A stretch of DNA of 64,000 nt, taken from Luminiphilus sp. (lineage in GTDB: Bacteria; Pseudomonadota; Gammaproteobacteria; Pseudomonadales; Halieaceae). This document shows, one piece after another, positions 42,430-51,917 of the stretch (position 1 is its first letter; each line of letters opens with the position of its first letter). A program made the position numbers and the translations under genes. The stretch covers positions 67,604 to 131,603 of the forward strand of contig DAIRTN010000004.1 in NCBI GenBank assembly GCA_036803865.1, read 5' to 3'. A model generated the notes under the pieces. The model made no database searches. It saw only the letters and a program-made list of their open reading frames with translations, and had not been told where the DNA came from.

Positions 42430-43345
42430 AACCGCTCACACCTGTTGTTGCTATATCAGTACAAATGACGTGATCTCCATCAACCACCGTTCCAATACAT
42501 TGTAGTCCTGCGGGGAGCTCCGTACCCGCCGGCACTGTAAACGCAAGCTCATAGTCATCGCCCCCGTGCAGTGCTAGCGCTATAGGGTCTAGCGCGTGTA
42601 GCGAGACCAGCGCTTCTGACAAAGGAAGCGCGTGAGCGCTAATCTGCATCCCCACGCCCGATGCGTGCGCAATATGCGTTACGTCCGCTAGTAAACCGTC
42701 TGATACATCGATCGCCGAAGTCGCATGGGTTCGCAGCCAATCACACCACATGAGTGCAGGTGTGGGTCGATAAAAACGATGCTCCAAATACTCCGTAGTG
42801 TCTATATCGGGTAAGTCACTGAGATCCGACGTACCTTGTATCAGCAAAAGGCCTGCCGCAGCATCACCGAGCGTTCCAGTCACACACAGCATGTCTCCAA
42901 CACGAGCCCCACTGCGCTTCACCGACAATCCCGCAGGGCATTCACCCATCACCGTAACAGACACACAAAGTGGTCCTCGCGTGAGATCGCCGCCAACAAG
43001 AGGGATACCAAAATCACTCACTGCACTTGCGAGACCCATAGAGAATCCATGCATCCACAAGTCATCGGCCTCAGGCAAAGTAAGCGCAAGCGTCATAGCA
43101 ATAGGTGTCGCCGCCATGGCAGCGAGGTCGCTCACTGCGGTTGCAACAGCACGATAAGCGATATGCTCTGGCAGCGAGTCCACGGGAAAATGCCGGCCCT
43201 CAACCAGTGTGTCGGTTGACACAAGAAGCTCATGGCCATCACGCACACGCAAAGAAGCGGCGTCGTCACCAACACCCAAAATAACCGATGGCCCCGCTCC
43301 GAAGCTCGCAAGATGCCGATAAATGAGGTCGAATTCAGAAGCCAT
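42413..43345 (-). CDS. thiL: Thiamine-monophosphate kinase
   Basis: 310 aa, MASEFDLIYRHL...GDDAA...DTLVEGRHF, an AIR-synthase-like fold. In nusB-thiL-pgpA order. Confidence 0.9.
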   Translation of the reverse strand: MASEFDLIYRHLASFGAGPSVILGVGDDAASLRVRDGHELLVSTDTLVEGRHFPVDSLPEHIAYRAVATAVSDLAAMAATPIAMTLALTLPEADDLWMHGFSMGLASAVSDFGIPLVGGDLTRGPLCVSVTVMGECPAGLSVKRSGARVGDMLCVTGTLGDAAAGLLLIQGTSDLSDLPDIDTTEYLEHRFYRPTPALMWCDWLRTHATSAIDVSDGLLADVTHIAHASGVGMQISAHALPLSEALVSLHALDPIALALHGGDDYELAFTVPAGTELPAGLQCIGTVVDGDHVICTDIATTGVSGYDHFR

Positions 43346-43365
43346 CGAGGGCGGTATCAGTGTCT

Positions 43366-43812
43366 TTAGGCTTCAGCTTGAATTTCAAGTTGACGCATAT
43401 CTTGCGCCATCTTGTCTAAAATACCATTGACGTAACGGTAGCTATCGGTCGCACCGAATTTCTTTGCCAAAGCAATCGCCTCGTTCAAAACAACACGGTA
43501 AGGGACATCAATCCTGTCGCGCAGCTCAAAAACGCCCATACGCAATAAATTACGCTCGATAGGATCAAGGTCATCAAGGCCGCGATCCAAACGTGGCTCG
43601 TAAAGCTTATCGAGTGTCGCCGCATTTTGTGCCACACCCGTCAACAAGACAGTAAAGTATTCACCATCGACGTGGCTAAAATCATTATCAATGCGAAACT
43701 CGGCCTCTATCTCGGTAAGCACGGCATGAGTCATCGTCCATTGATAGAGCGCCTGCAACGCGAAATGACGTGCCCGGCGTCGCTGAGCCGCGAGTGGGTT
43801 AACTTTAGTCAT
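43366..43812 (-). CDS. nusB: Transcription antitermination factor NusB
   Basis: 148 aa with RRRARHFALQALYQW. Its start shares 1 nt with the ribH stop (TAATG). Confidence 0.93.
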   Translation of the reverse strand: MTKVNPLAAQRRRARHFALQALYQWTMTHAVLTEIEAEFRIDNDFSHVDGEYFTVLLTGVAQNAATLDKLYEPRLDRGLDDLDPIERNLLRMGVFELRDRIDVPYRVVLNEAIALAKKFGATDSYRYVNGILDKMAQDMRQLEIQAEA

Positions 43813-44294
43813 TAGCCTTCCAGCGCACTAAACAGATTAACCATCTCTAGCGCACTCATCGCAGCCTCCGCCCCTTTATTGCCCGCTTTGGTTCCCGATC
43901 GCTCAATAGCTTGTTCAATAGAATCGACAGTGAGTACGCCAAACGAGATCGGTGTGGACGTGTCCATTTGAACCTGAGCCAAACCTTTCGTGCATTCCCC
44001 AGCCACGTAGTCAAAATGTGGGGTGCCCCCACGAATAACTGCGCCCAGCGCAATAATGGCATCACAATTCGGAAGCTTTGCCGCTCGCTGACAGGCGAGA
44101 GGGATCTCAAACGCGCCCGGCACTCGGACAATGTGCATTTGCTGATCACTAATACCGTGGCGTCGCAGCGTATCAATAGCACCCTCTAACAAATGCTCCA
44201 CAACGAAGCTATTCCAGCGCGCAACAACAATGACATAGCTGCCGTTATTCGAACTCAGCGAGCCTTCTGTGGTACGTATTCCTTGGCTACTCAT
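43812..44294 (-). CDS. ribH: 6,7-dimethyl-8-ribityllumazine synthase
   Basis: 160 aa with [17 protein letters not shown] and VPGAFEIPL. Confidence 0.94.
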   Translation of the reverse strand: MSSQGIRTTEGSLSSNNGSYVIVVARWNSFVVEHLLEGAIDTLRRHGISDQQMHIVRVPGAFEIPLACQRAAKLPNCDAIIALGAVIRGGTPHFDYVAGECTKGLAQVQMDTSTPISFGVLTVDSIEQAIERSGTKAGNKGAEAAMSALEMVNLFSALEG

Positions 44295-44314
44295 GACCTT
44301 CTCCTAAGTATTTT

Positions 44315-45433
44315 TCAATGTGTGGGGGCGACAAAGTCGCAAACTTCCAGGCCGAATCCAGCCAAAGCATTATATTTGAGGGGCGCGCCCATCAAATCAA
44401 TTTTACCAACGCCCAAATCATTGAGGATCTGGGCGCCCAAGCCAATCGACGCATAGCTGTCGGTGGTCGCTACGGATTCTTGCGGGTCTCGCCCAAGGAG
44501 CCGGTCTACTCCCGCCAACAACACATCGGCTGTTTCAGGTCGCGTAATAAGAACCAGCACCGCCCGCTCTGCCTCTGAGACACTTTTTAAACTATTGTCA
44601 AAACGCCAGCTTACCTGATTGTTAAGCGTGGTACCGACGAGATCTCGCAAGACAGACGTGACATGCACCCGAACTAATGTGGGGAGCTCCGAGTTAAGCT
44701 CACCTTTAACAAGCGCGATGTGAAGAGTTGCTTTTGAAGTTTCACGATAAACATTAATTTCCAGCGGACCATACGTGGTTTCAACCGTACCCTTGCGAAT
44801 ACACTCAATTGTGCGCTCATTCGCCAGTCGATACGTCACCAAGTCTGAGACTCTCCCCACAGGCAAATCATGGCTACGAGCGAACTCCCACAGCGACTCA
44901 CCTCGGGCTACGTTTCCTTGCTTATCCAGTACTTCAGTGAATACAGCAGCAGGCAGCATACCTGCAATTGCAGCCAGATCTGTGGTCGCCTCAGACTTAT
45001 CCGCACGCGTCAGCACACCGCCATCGGCAGCAGCAATCGGGAAAATATGCCCAGGTTGTACCAGATCTGTAGCCTTACTATCGGAGGCCACCGCGACGCG
45101 CACTGTTCGCGCTCGATCAACCGCTGAAATGCCCGTATCAATACCCTCCGATGCCTCAATGGACAACGTAAAAGGTTCGGCTTCAACTTCTCCCTCGACC
45201 ATGAGCGGCAAGTTAAGATGTTCGCAACGTGCGCGCGTGAGTCCCAAACATACCAAGCCTCGCGCTTGCCGAGCCATAAAGGTTATGTGGTGGGGCTCGC
45301 ATAATTCAGCAGCCAACGTGACCACGCCCGTGGCATCACCCTCGCTGTTATCAATTAAGAGAAGCATCATGCGTCCGAAACGCATGTGGCTAATCAGCTC
45401 TTCAGTCGTTGCGTATTGTGCTTGTTCAGTCAT
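44315..45433 (-). CDS. ribBA: RibBA-like protein (DHBP synthase-like N-domain plus GTP cyclohydrolase II-like C-domain), with non-canonical signature motifs in both halves
   Basis: 372 aa in the canonical rib-operon slot. Similarity to RibB is clear (FTLSIEASEGIDTGISAVDR, QPGHIFPI, GGVLTR). However, DRENEGD is replaced by DNSEGDATG and GHTEA by DKSEA. The C-domain has RVHVTSVLRDLVG with no Cys cluster. Confidence 0.8.
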   Translation of the reverse strand: MTEQAQYATTEELISHMRFGRMMLLLIDNSEGDATGVVTLAAELCEPHHITFMARQARGLVCLGLTRARCEHLNLPLMVEGEVEAEPFTLSIEASEGIDTGISAVDRARTVRVAVASDSKATDLVQPGHIFPIAAADGGVLTRADKSEATTDLAAIAGMLPAAVFTEVLDKQGNVARGESLWEFARSHDLPVGRVSDLVTYRLANERTIECIRKGTVETTYGPLEINVYRETSKATLHIALVKGELNSELPTLVRVHVTSVLRDLVGTTLNNQVSWRFDNSLKSVSEAERAVLVLITRPETADVLLAGVDRLLGRDPQESVATTDSYASIGLGAQILNDLGVGKIDLMGAPLKYNALAGFGLEVCDFVAPTH

Positions 45434-46082
45434 TGAGATAACCCGCGTCGCGCAGCGTATCTAAACTCATACCACCTTTTTGGGCAGCTGCATCACCCTG
45501 TAACAAGCGCTCAAGGTAGCGAGCTATAACGTCGACTTCTAAATTAACATGAGCACCGACTACATAATCGGCAAAAACCGTCTCTTCAAAAGTTTGGGGA
45601 ATAATATTCAAGTCAAACTCGGCGCCCGACACAGCGTTAACCGTCAAACTCGTACCATCGATGGTAATGGACCCTTTGTGCGCGATGTACTTTGCTAACC
45701 CGGCAGGCGCCTCAATAATATACCTCCAAGAGCGCCCATCTCGACCAATAGACTTAACGGTGCCCACACCATCTACGTGCCCGCTAACAATATGCCCGCC
45801 CAGGCGGGACTCGGGGGTTAATGATTTTTCCAAATTGACGCGATCACCCACCTTGCGGGCGCCCAGCGTCGTAAATTGCAACGTTTCCAGTGATACGTCA
45901 GCCCAGTAACCATCGCCTGGCAGCTCCGTTACTGTCAGGCACACGCCGCTAGTGGCGATGCTGTCGCCTAGCTTTACATCACTCAATGCTAACTTGCCCG
46001 ACTGTATGCGCAAGCGCATATCGCCTCCGGATTGCTCCATGGCCGCGATAGTACCGATGGCTTCAATAATTCCTGTGAACAC
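45426..46082 (-). CDS. ribE: Riboflavin synthase (alpha chain)
   Basis: 218 aa with MFTGIIEAIG and an internal repeat containing GHIVSGHVDG. Confidence 0.94.
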   Translation of the reverse strand: MFTGIIEAIGTIAAMEQSGGDMRLRIQSGKLALSDVKLGDSIATSGVCLTVTELPGDGYWADVSLETLQFTTLGARKVGDRVNLEKSLTPESRLGGHIVSGHVDGVGTVKSIGRDGRSWRYIIEAPAGLAKYIAHKGSITIDGTSLTVNAVSGAEFDLNIIPQTFEETVFADYVVGAHVNLEVDVIARYLERLLQGDAAAQKGGMSLDTLRDAGYLND

Positions 46083-46093
46083 GTGGTCTCCTG

Positions 46094-47206
46094 CTAAGTG
46101 GGTGTAGCGATGATACGCAAGTCGTCTCCCACTCGACTTACTTCAATCAGACGTAATTCAGGGGTCTCGGCGAGCCGATCAAACGACAAGGCCAACATTG
46201 CTTTGCCAGAGCTACCCAATAAGCGAGGCGCCTGATAAATAACCAGTTCGTCGACTAAATTTTGCTCGATAAAAGCGGCGGCAAGTGTAGCACCAGCCTC
46301 GATGAGTATCTCGTTCGCTCCTTCCTCGCCTAAGTGCGTGAGTATCGCGCGGAGATCTAAGCCATGGGTGCCCCGGGAAACAGGCTGCGTCTTAACCGTT
46401 GGAATAGTCGCGAGAAATGGCGCGGGAACCGTGTTATCCGCGTGAAAAATAAGCGTCGGTGCAGCATCCGAAATAATCTGTGAGCCTTGACGCAGTCGCC
46501 CTTCACTGTCGAGCAGCACGCGCAATGGCACATGCGTTAGCGCGCGATCGCACTCCGCAGGCGTAAGCGGCAGCTGCTCGGCGCGTAAGGTCAGGGCGCA
46601 GTCGTCCGCTAGTACGGTGCCAATCCCTGTCACAATAACTGAACTTTCAGCGCGTAATCGCTGTACATCTGCTCGCGCTTGCGGACCTGTAATCCACTGG
46701 CTCTCCCCCGACGCCATGGCTGTTCGGCCATCTAGCGACGTCGCTAATTTGAGCCTAACTCGCCCCCAACCGCGGGTAATACGTAATAAATATCCGGCAA
46801 TCAGCGCTCGTGACTCGTGAGCAAGTACGCCCACACTGACTGCCACCCCCGCCTCTCTCAGCCGAGCAATTCCCTGCCCTGATACGGCGTAAAAAGGGTC
46901 TTCAACTGCGACAACAACGCGGCTCAGACCTGCGGCAATTAACGCATCAGCGCAAGGGCCTGTCCGTCCAAAATGGGCACAAGGCTCCAATGTCACATAT
47001 GCGGTCGCGCCGCGTGCGTCACCAGCATCCAATAGCGCCTGAATCTCTGCGTGATTGCCGCCGGGCGGTTGAGTGAAACCCTCCCCGACAATACGACCTT
47101 CGCGCACTACAACACAGCCTACATGCGGGTTGGGGCTCGCCCAAAACCTGCCTTGCTGGGCGACTTCAATGGCGCGCGCCATGAACTGTTCGTCTTGGTT
47201 TTTCAT
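46094..47206 (-). CDS. ribD: Bifunctional diaminohydroxyphosphoribosylaminopyrimidine deaminase / 5-amino-6-(5-phosphoribosylamino)uracil reductase
   Basis: 370 aa with the deaminase zinc motifs HAEIQAL and TLEPCAHFGRTGPC. Confidence 0.94.
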   Translation of the reverse strand: MKNQDEQFMARAIEVAQQGRFWASPNPHVGCVVVREGRIVGEGFTQPPGGNHAEIQALLDAGDARGATAYVTLEPCAHFGRTGPCADALIAAGLSRVVVAVEDPFYAVSGQGIARLREAGVAVSVGVLAHESRALIAGYLLRITRGWGRVRLKLATSLDGRTAMASGESQWITGPQARADVQRLRAESSVIVTGIGTVLADDCALTLRAEQLPLTPAECDRALTHVPLRVLLDSEGRLRQGSQIISDAAPTLIFHADNTVPAPFLATIPTVKTQPVSRGTHGLDLRAILTHLGEEGANEILIEAGATLAAAFIEQNLVDELVIYQAPRLLGSSGKAMLALSFDRLAETPELRLIEVSRVGDDLRIIATPT

Positions 47207-47239
47207 AGTGCAGGGGGTTCGCCGGCGAAGCGCGCGACC

Positions 47240-47707
47240 TTAGTCAGAGCCCTGGGGCTCCGCCTCCAATAACTCGATGGCATCACGAAATTCAGCCAAA
47301 TCTTGAAAGCTTTTGTACACAGAGGCGAACCGAACATAAGCGACTTGGTCGAGCGTCTTTAACGCCGCCATCACCAATTCACCGAGCTCTCGCGACTGGA
47401 TTTCCCGCTCTCCGGTTGCCCGCAGTCGGTGCTTAATTTGGTGGATCTGAGTTTCGATTTCTTCAACAGACACCGGGCGCTTTTCAAGCGCTCTTAAAAA
47501 TCCACCTCGAAGTTTGTCCTCGTTAAAGGGCTCGCGGCTGCCGTCTTGTTTAATCAGCCGAGGCATAACCAGCTCAGCCACTTCATAGGTAGTAAAGCGC
47601 TCTTTACACTCTAAACACTCTCGTCGACGGCGCACTTGATCACCTTCGGCTACCAATCGAGAATCGATGACCTTGGTTTCGTCAGTAGAACAGAATGGAC
47701 AGTGCAT
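47240..47707 (-). CDS. nrdR: Transcriptional repressor NrdR
   Basis: 155 aa with the [17 protein letters not shown] zinc ribbon and an ATP-cone domain. Confidence 0.95.
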   Translation of the reverse strand: MHCPFCSTDETKVIDSRLVAEGDQVRRRRECLECKERFTTYEVAELVMPRLIKQDGSREPFNEDKLRGGFLRALEKRPVSVEEIETQIHQIKHRLRATGEREIQSRELGELVMAALKTLDQVAYVRFASVYKSFQDLAEFRDAIELLEAEPQGSD

Positions 47708-47729
47708 AACTTAGAGCGCCTCGGTGAGA

Positions 47730-49034
47730 TCAGTTACCGTAAACAGGCAAACGACCACAAACATCCAGAACCTTTGCACGCACCGCCGGAATGACTGCCT
47801 CAGAAGTGCCGTCCTCAAGCGAAGCCAGCACGTCACACATCCAATGAGTCAAGGCCTCGGTCTCCGCCACACCAAAACCTCTTGTTGTTATAGCAGGCGT
47901 ACCTAAGCGCAATCCCGATGTTACGAATGGCGATCGGGGATCATTAGGAACCGAATTTTTGTTCACGGTGATAAAGGCTTCGCCCAGCGCTGCATCCGCA
48001 TCCTTACCGGTGTATTCCTTACCAATCAGATCAAGCAGCATCAAATGATTGTCGGTACCACCTGAAACGATCTTGTGACCTCGCTCCATGAACACCTTTG
48101 CCATCGCCTGCGCATTGGCGATCACCTGTTTCTGATAATCCACAAAGGACGGATCCATAGCCTCCTTGAAGGCAACCGCTTTTGCTGCGATCGCATGCAT
48201 CAAAGGGCCTCCCTGGGCGCCAGGGAAAATGGCTGAGTTCAATTTCTTTTCAATATCAGGGTTTGACTTGGCCAAAATAATGCCACTGCGTGGGCCACGC
48301 AGGGTTTTGTGCGTAGTCGACGTCACAACGTCAGCATAAGGTATGGGGCTGGGATAAACGCCGGCAGCAACAAGACCTGCAATGTGCGCCATGTCGACAA
48401 GAAGATAGGCGCCAACCGCGTCAGCAATCTCGCGGAACTTACTCCAGTCCATCACGCGACTGTAGGCCGAGAAACCGCCAATGATCAGCTTTGGCTTATG
48501 CTCTAGCGCAAGTGCCATAAGCTCATCGTAATTGATAAGACCGGTATCGTGGTCAATGCCATACTGAACGGCATTGTAAAACTTCCCTGAGAAGCTCACC
48601 GACGCGCCGTGCGTAAGATGCCCGCCATCTGCGAGGCTCATCCCCATCACGGTATCACCGGGCTTGAGAAGTGCATGGTAGACAGCGATGTTGGCACTGG
48701 AACCTGAGTGAGGCTGAACGTTGGCATAGTCGGCGCCAAACAGTTCCTTAGCTCGCTCTATCGCCAACTGCTCAGCAATGTCAACGTACTCGCAGCCGCC
48801 GTAGTAGCGCTTGCCCGGATAGCCTTCAGCATATTTGTTGGTGAGCACCGAACCTTGCGCTTCCATTACCCTAGGGCTCGCATAGTTTTCAGATGCGATC
48901 AGCTCAATATGCTCTTCCTGGCGCCGAGCTTCTGCACTCATTGCCGACCAAAGCTCGGCATCATAGCTCTCAATGGTCTGGTTATCGCGATCAAGAAATT
49001 GTGACAGTGGTTTGGCCGCCTGGTTCATGGTCAA
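47730..49034 (-). CDS. glyA: Serine hydroxymethyltransferase
   Basis: 434 aa with [11 protein letters not shown] and the PLP-lysine motif [10 protein letters not shown]. The N-terminus is about 15 aa longer than in E. coli. Confidence 0.95.
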   Translation of the reverse strand: MTMNQAAKPLSQFLDRDNQTIESYDAELWSAMSAEARRQEEHIELIASENYASPRVMEAQGSVLTNKYAEGYPGKRYYGGCEYVDIAEQLAIERAKELFGADYANVQPHSGSSANIAVYHALLKPGDTVMGMSLADGGHLTHGASVSFSGKFYNAVQYGIDHDTGLINYDELMALALEHKPKLIIGGFSAYSRVMDWSKFREIADAVGAYLLVDMAHIAGLVAAGVYPSPIPYADVVTSTTHKTLRGPRSGIILAKSNPDIEKKLNSAIFPGAQGGPLMHAIAAKAVAFKEAMDPSFVDYQKQVIANAQAMAKVFMERGHKIVSGGTDNHLMLLDLIGKEYTGKDADAALGEAFITVNKNSVPNDPRSPFVTSGLRLGTPAITTRGFGVAETEALTHWMCDVLASLEDGTSEAVIPAVRAKVLDVCGRLPVYGN

Positions 49035-49211
49035 GGTCCTTGCTTTAATTTGGAGGGCTAGACTTGCTGGCTTTATAAGCGCAGCCCAAATGATAGCGTT
49101 TATTTTAGCCCATACGCAGTTTCAGGGTAAGCTAGATGCCGATTTAGAGGTCTTAATTACTTCATATTTTTGACATATCCTCCTCACCTTCAAAAAATAA
49201 GCAGGAAACCG

Positions 49212-50558
49212 ATGAAAATCAGTATTTTTGGCAGCGGCTATGTGGGGCTGGTGCAGGCGGCCGTCTTTGCAGATGTAGGCCATCAGGTTATTTGTATGGA
49301 TGTCGATGCGCGGCGCGTTGAGCGCCTGCGCAATGCCGAAATACCCTTTTATGAGCCCGGACTAGAGAGCAAAGTAAGGAGCGGTATCCAACAGGGCCTG
49401 CTAACATTTACCACCGACGCCCGCCAAGCCGTGCAAGACAGTGACTACCTGTTCATTTGTGTGGGCACGCCCGCTGGTGACGATGGCAGTGCCGATCTTC
49501 AATACGTCATGGATGTTGCCGACAGTATTGCGGCCCACATGAGTGACCGAAAAGTCATTGTCAATAAGTCGACGGTGCCCGTCGGCACCGCTGATCAAGT
49601 CCAGCAACGCATTGCTCGAGCGCTCGACGCGCAGCAGCGAAGCGTTGATTACGAAGTCTGCTCAAACCCCGAATTTCTTAAGGAAGGCTCTGCCATCGCC
49701 GATGCGATGAGCCCAGATCGTATTATTGTGGGCGCGCGCTCGCCGGCGACAATCGATGAATTTAGACGCATGTATCAGGCGTTTAACCGCAATCATGAAA
49801 AACTCATGTTTATGGACCCGCGCAGTGCGGAGCTGACTAAGTACGCGGCCAATGCCATGCTCGCCACAAAAATCAGCTTTATTAACGAAGTCGCCAACAT
49901 CGCCGAAAGTGTCGGCGCAGATATTGAGCTTGTTCGTAAAGGCATGGGATCCGATCCACGTATTGGCTATCAGTTCATTTACCCAGGCGCAGGCTATGGC
50001 GGGTCTTGCTTCCCTAAGGACGTCCGCGCGTTAAAGCACCTTGCGGACAGCGAAAACTGCAGCAGCGCTATTTTGGCCGCTGTCCACGACACCAATGAGA
50101 AACAAAAGCAAAAGTTGCCCGAGAGAGTGTTACGGCGTTTTGGTGACAATCTTGACGGTAAAACAGTTGCGGTTTGGGGGCTGTCCTTCAAACCCAATAC
50201 TGATGATATGCGCGAAGCACCGAGCCGCGCTTTAATTGAGGCTGTGTGGGCCTGCGGCGGTAAGGTTCAAGCGTACGACCCTGAGGCGATGTCAGCCTGC
50301 GCAGCCATTTACGGCCATCGTGACGACATGATCTACGCGGACGTAAAAGAGGATGCACTCAACAATGCTGCCTGTTTAGTAATTTGTACCGAATGGAAGA
50401 TGTTTTGGTCACCGGATTTTGAGGATATAAAGTCAAGGCTTTCTTCACCTGTCATTGTTGACGGAAGAAACCTTTACAACCCCGCGCACATGGCGGACAT
50501 TGGGATCGAGTACTACGGCATTGGGCTGGGGCTGTCAGTTAAAAAAACACATGAATGA
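49212..50558 (+). CDS. ugd: UDP-glucose 6-dehydrogenase
   Basis: The Met at 49212 gives MKISIFGSGYVGLV (Rossmann), with AGGAAA upstream. The catalytic motif GGSCFPKD is present. 448 aa. Confidence 0.92.
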   Translation: MKISIFGSGYVGLVQAAVFADVGHQVICMDVDARRVERLRNAEIPFYEPGLESKVRSGIQQGLLTFTTDARQAVQDSDYLFICVGTPAGDDGSADLQYVMDVADSIAAHMSDRKVIVNKSTVPVGTADQVQQRIARALDAQQRSVDYEVCSNPEFLKEGSAIADAMSPDRIIVGARSPATIDEFRRMYQAFNRNHEKLMFMDPRSAELTKYAANAMLATKISFINEVANIAESVGADIELVRKGMGSDPRIGYQFIYPGAGYGGSCFPKDVRALKHLADSENCSSAILAAVHDTNEKQKQKLPERVLRRFGDNLDGKTVAVWGLSFKPNTDDMREAPSRALIEAVWACGGKVQAYDPEAMSACAAIYGHRDDMIYADVKEDALNNAACLVICTEWKMFWSPDFEDIKSRLSSPVIVDGRNLYNPAHMADIGIEYYGIGLGLSVKKTHE

Positions 50559-51006
50559 TGCAAAATGTATAGGTTGGCGAGAATGGGTTGGCCTACCTGA
50601 CCTTGGTATCCCATGGCTCAAGGCAAAAATTGATACAGGTGCTCGCACGAGTGCGCTGCATGCTTTTGAAACCGAACGTTTTACGCGTAACGGCGAGGCG
50701 TGGGTTCGCTTTGGGGTTCACCCGCGACAAAAAGACACTGATACGGTGCGTATCTGTGAGGCGCGGGTCGTCGACGAGCGTATTGTCACTGACTCGGGAG
50801 GCCATAAAGAATCCCGACCCGTTATTGCCACAACCATGGTGTTAGATGGCACAGCACATACCATCGAAATGACACTCACAGACCGAGACACCATGCTATT
50901 TCGCATGCTGGTCGGTAGAACAGCCATTAAACGAGGCGTCATTGTGTCGCCTGGTCACTCTTTTATCCTCGGCGGCAGCCGAGAGCAACCACCGGAGTCA
51001 TCTTGA
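50551..51006 (+). CDS. RimB-like retropepsin-fold protein (DUF785, annotated in databases as putative ATP-dependent zinc protease)
   Basis: The ATG at 50551 gives [38 protein letters not shown], which includes a DTGA aspartic-protease-like motif. It overlaps the ugd stop (ATGAATGA) and precedes rimK. Confidence 0.75.
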   Translation: MNDAKCIGWREWVGLPDLGIPWLKAKIDTGARTSALHAFETERFTRNGEAWVRFGVHPRQKDTDTVRICEARVVDERIVTDSGGHKESRPVIATTMVLDGTAHTIEMTLTDRDTMLFRMLVGRTAIKRGVIVSPGHSFILGGSREQPPESS

Positions 51007-51908
51007 AAATAGCCGTCTTGTCGCGCAATCCGCGACTTTATAGTACATCACGCTTGATCGAAGAGGCGGACGCAGCCAACCATGAAACACGGGTTATCGA
51101 TACCTTAAAATGCTACATGGATATTACGTCGTCCAACCCATCAGTCTGGTACCGAGGTGAAAAGCTCGAGCGCCAAGATGCCGTGATTCCGCGTATTGGT
51201 GCCTCGGTGACAAACTACGGTACCGCCGTTATTCGTCAGTTCGAGATGATGGACACCTACAGCCTAGTTGGCTCAATTCCACTCGGCCGATCACGATCAA
51301 AGTTGCGTGCACTGCAGTTACTGTCTAGAAAAGGTCTAGGACTGCCCGTGACAGGATTCGCTCACGACGTTCACAACACACGTGAACTCATTAAACTCGT
51401 TGGCGGCGCGCCCCTAGTCGTGAAGTTACTTGAAGGCACTCAAGGTCGAGGTGTTGTTTTGGCAGAGACCATTAAAGCTGCAGAATCAGTTATCGACGCA
51501 TTTACGGAGCTCAAAGCAGACTTCTTGGTACAGGAATACATCAAAGAGGCCGGTGGCAGCGACGTGCGTTGCTTTGTGATCGGACGAAAAGTAGTGGCGG
51601 CAATGGAGCGCACGTCTGCACCGGGCGACTTCCGCTCCAACCTTCACAGAGGCGGCACCGCGCGACAAACAAAGCTGACACCCGCCGAGCGCCGAACGGC
51701 GGTAAAAGCGGCGCAAACCATGGGGCTCAATGTAGCGGGCGTCGATTTATTGCGCTCAGAGCGCGGTCCGCTGGTCATGGAGGTTAATTCGTCTCCTGGC
51801 CTCAAAGGCATCGAAGAATCAACAGGTATCAATGTAGCTAAGAAAATCATCCAGTTTGTTGAAGAGTTTGCACAACCCGGCAAAGCACACGGTCGCTCCA
51901 AAGGCTGA
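51003..51908 (+). CDS. rimK: Ribosomal protein S6--L-glutamate ligase (ATP-grasp)
   Basis: 301 aa. Its TTG start overlaps the previous stop (TTGA). [22 protein letters not shown] parallels the E. coli RimK N-terminus. Confidence 0.9.
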   Translation: MKIAVLSRNPRLYSTSRLIEEADAANHETRVIDTLKCYMDITSSNPSVWYRGEKLERQDAVIPRIGASVTNYGTAVIRQFEMMDTYSLVGSIPLGRSRSKLRALQLLSRKGLGLPVTGFAHDVHNTRELIKLVGGAPLVVKLLEGTQGRGVVLAETIKAAESVIDAFTELKADFLVQEYIKEAGGSDVRCFVIGRKVVAAMERTSAPGDFRSNLHRGGTARQTKLTPAERRTAVKAAQTMGLNVAGVDLLRSERGPLVMEVNSSPGLKGIEESTGINVAKKIIQFVEEFAQPGKAHGRSKG

Positions 51909-51917
51909 GGTAATAAT

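Noticed and set aside
47207-47239. An FMN riboswitch upstream of the rib genes, or a TPP riboswitch near thiL.
   Set aside because: Intergenic gaps along glyA-nrdR-ribD-ribE-ribBA-ribH-nusB-thiL are only 0-35 nt, far too short for a riboswitch aptamer.
49170-49198. TTGACA-17 nt-AAAAAT promoter-like match upstream of ugd.
   Set aside because: The implied transcription start would fall about 7 nt before the ATG and inside the SD, and the -10 is weak. It is probably fortuitous.
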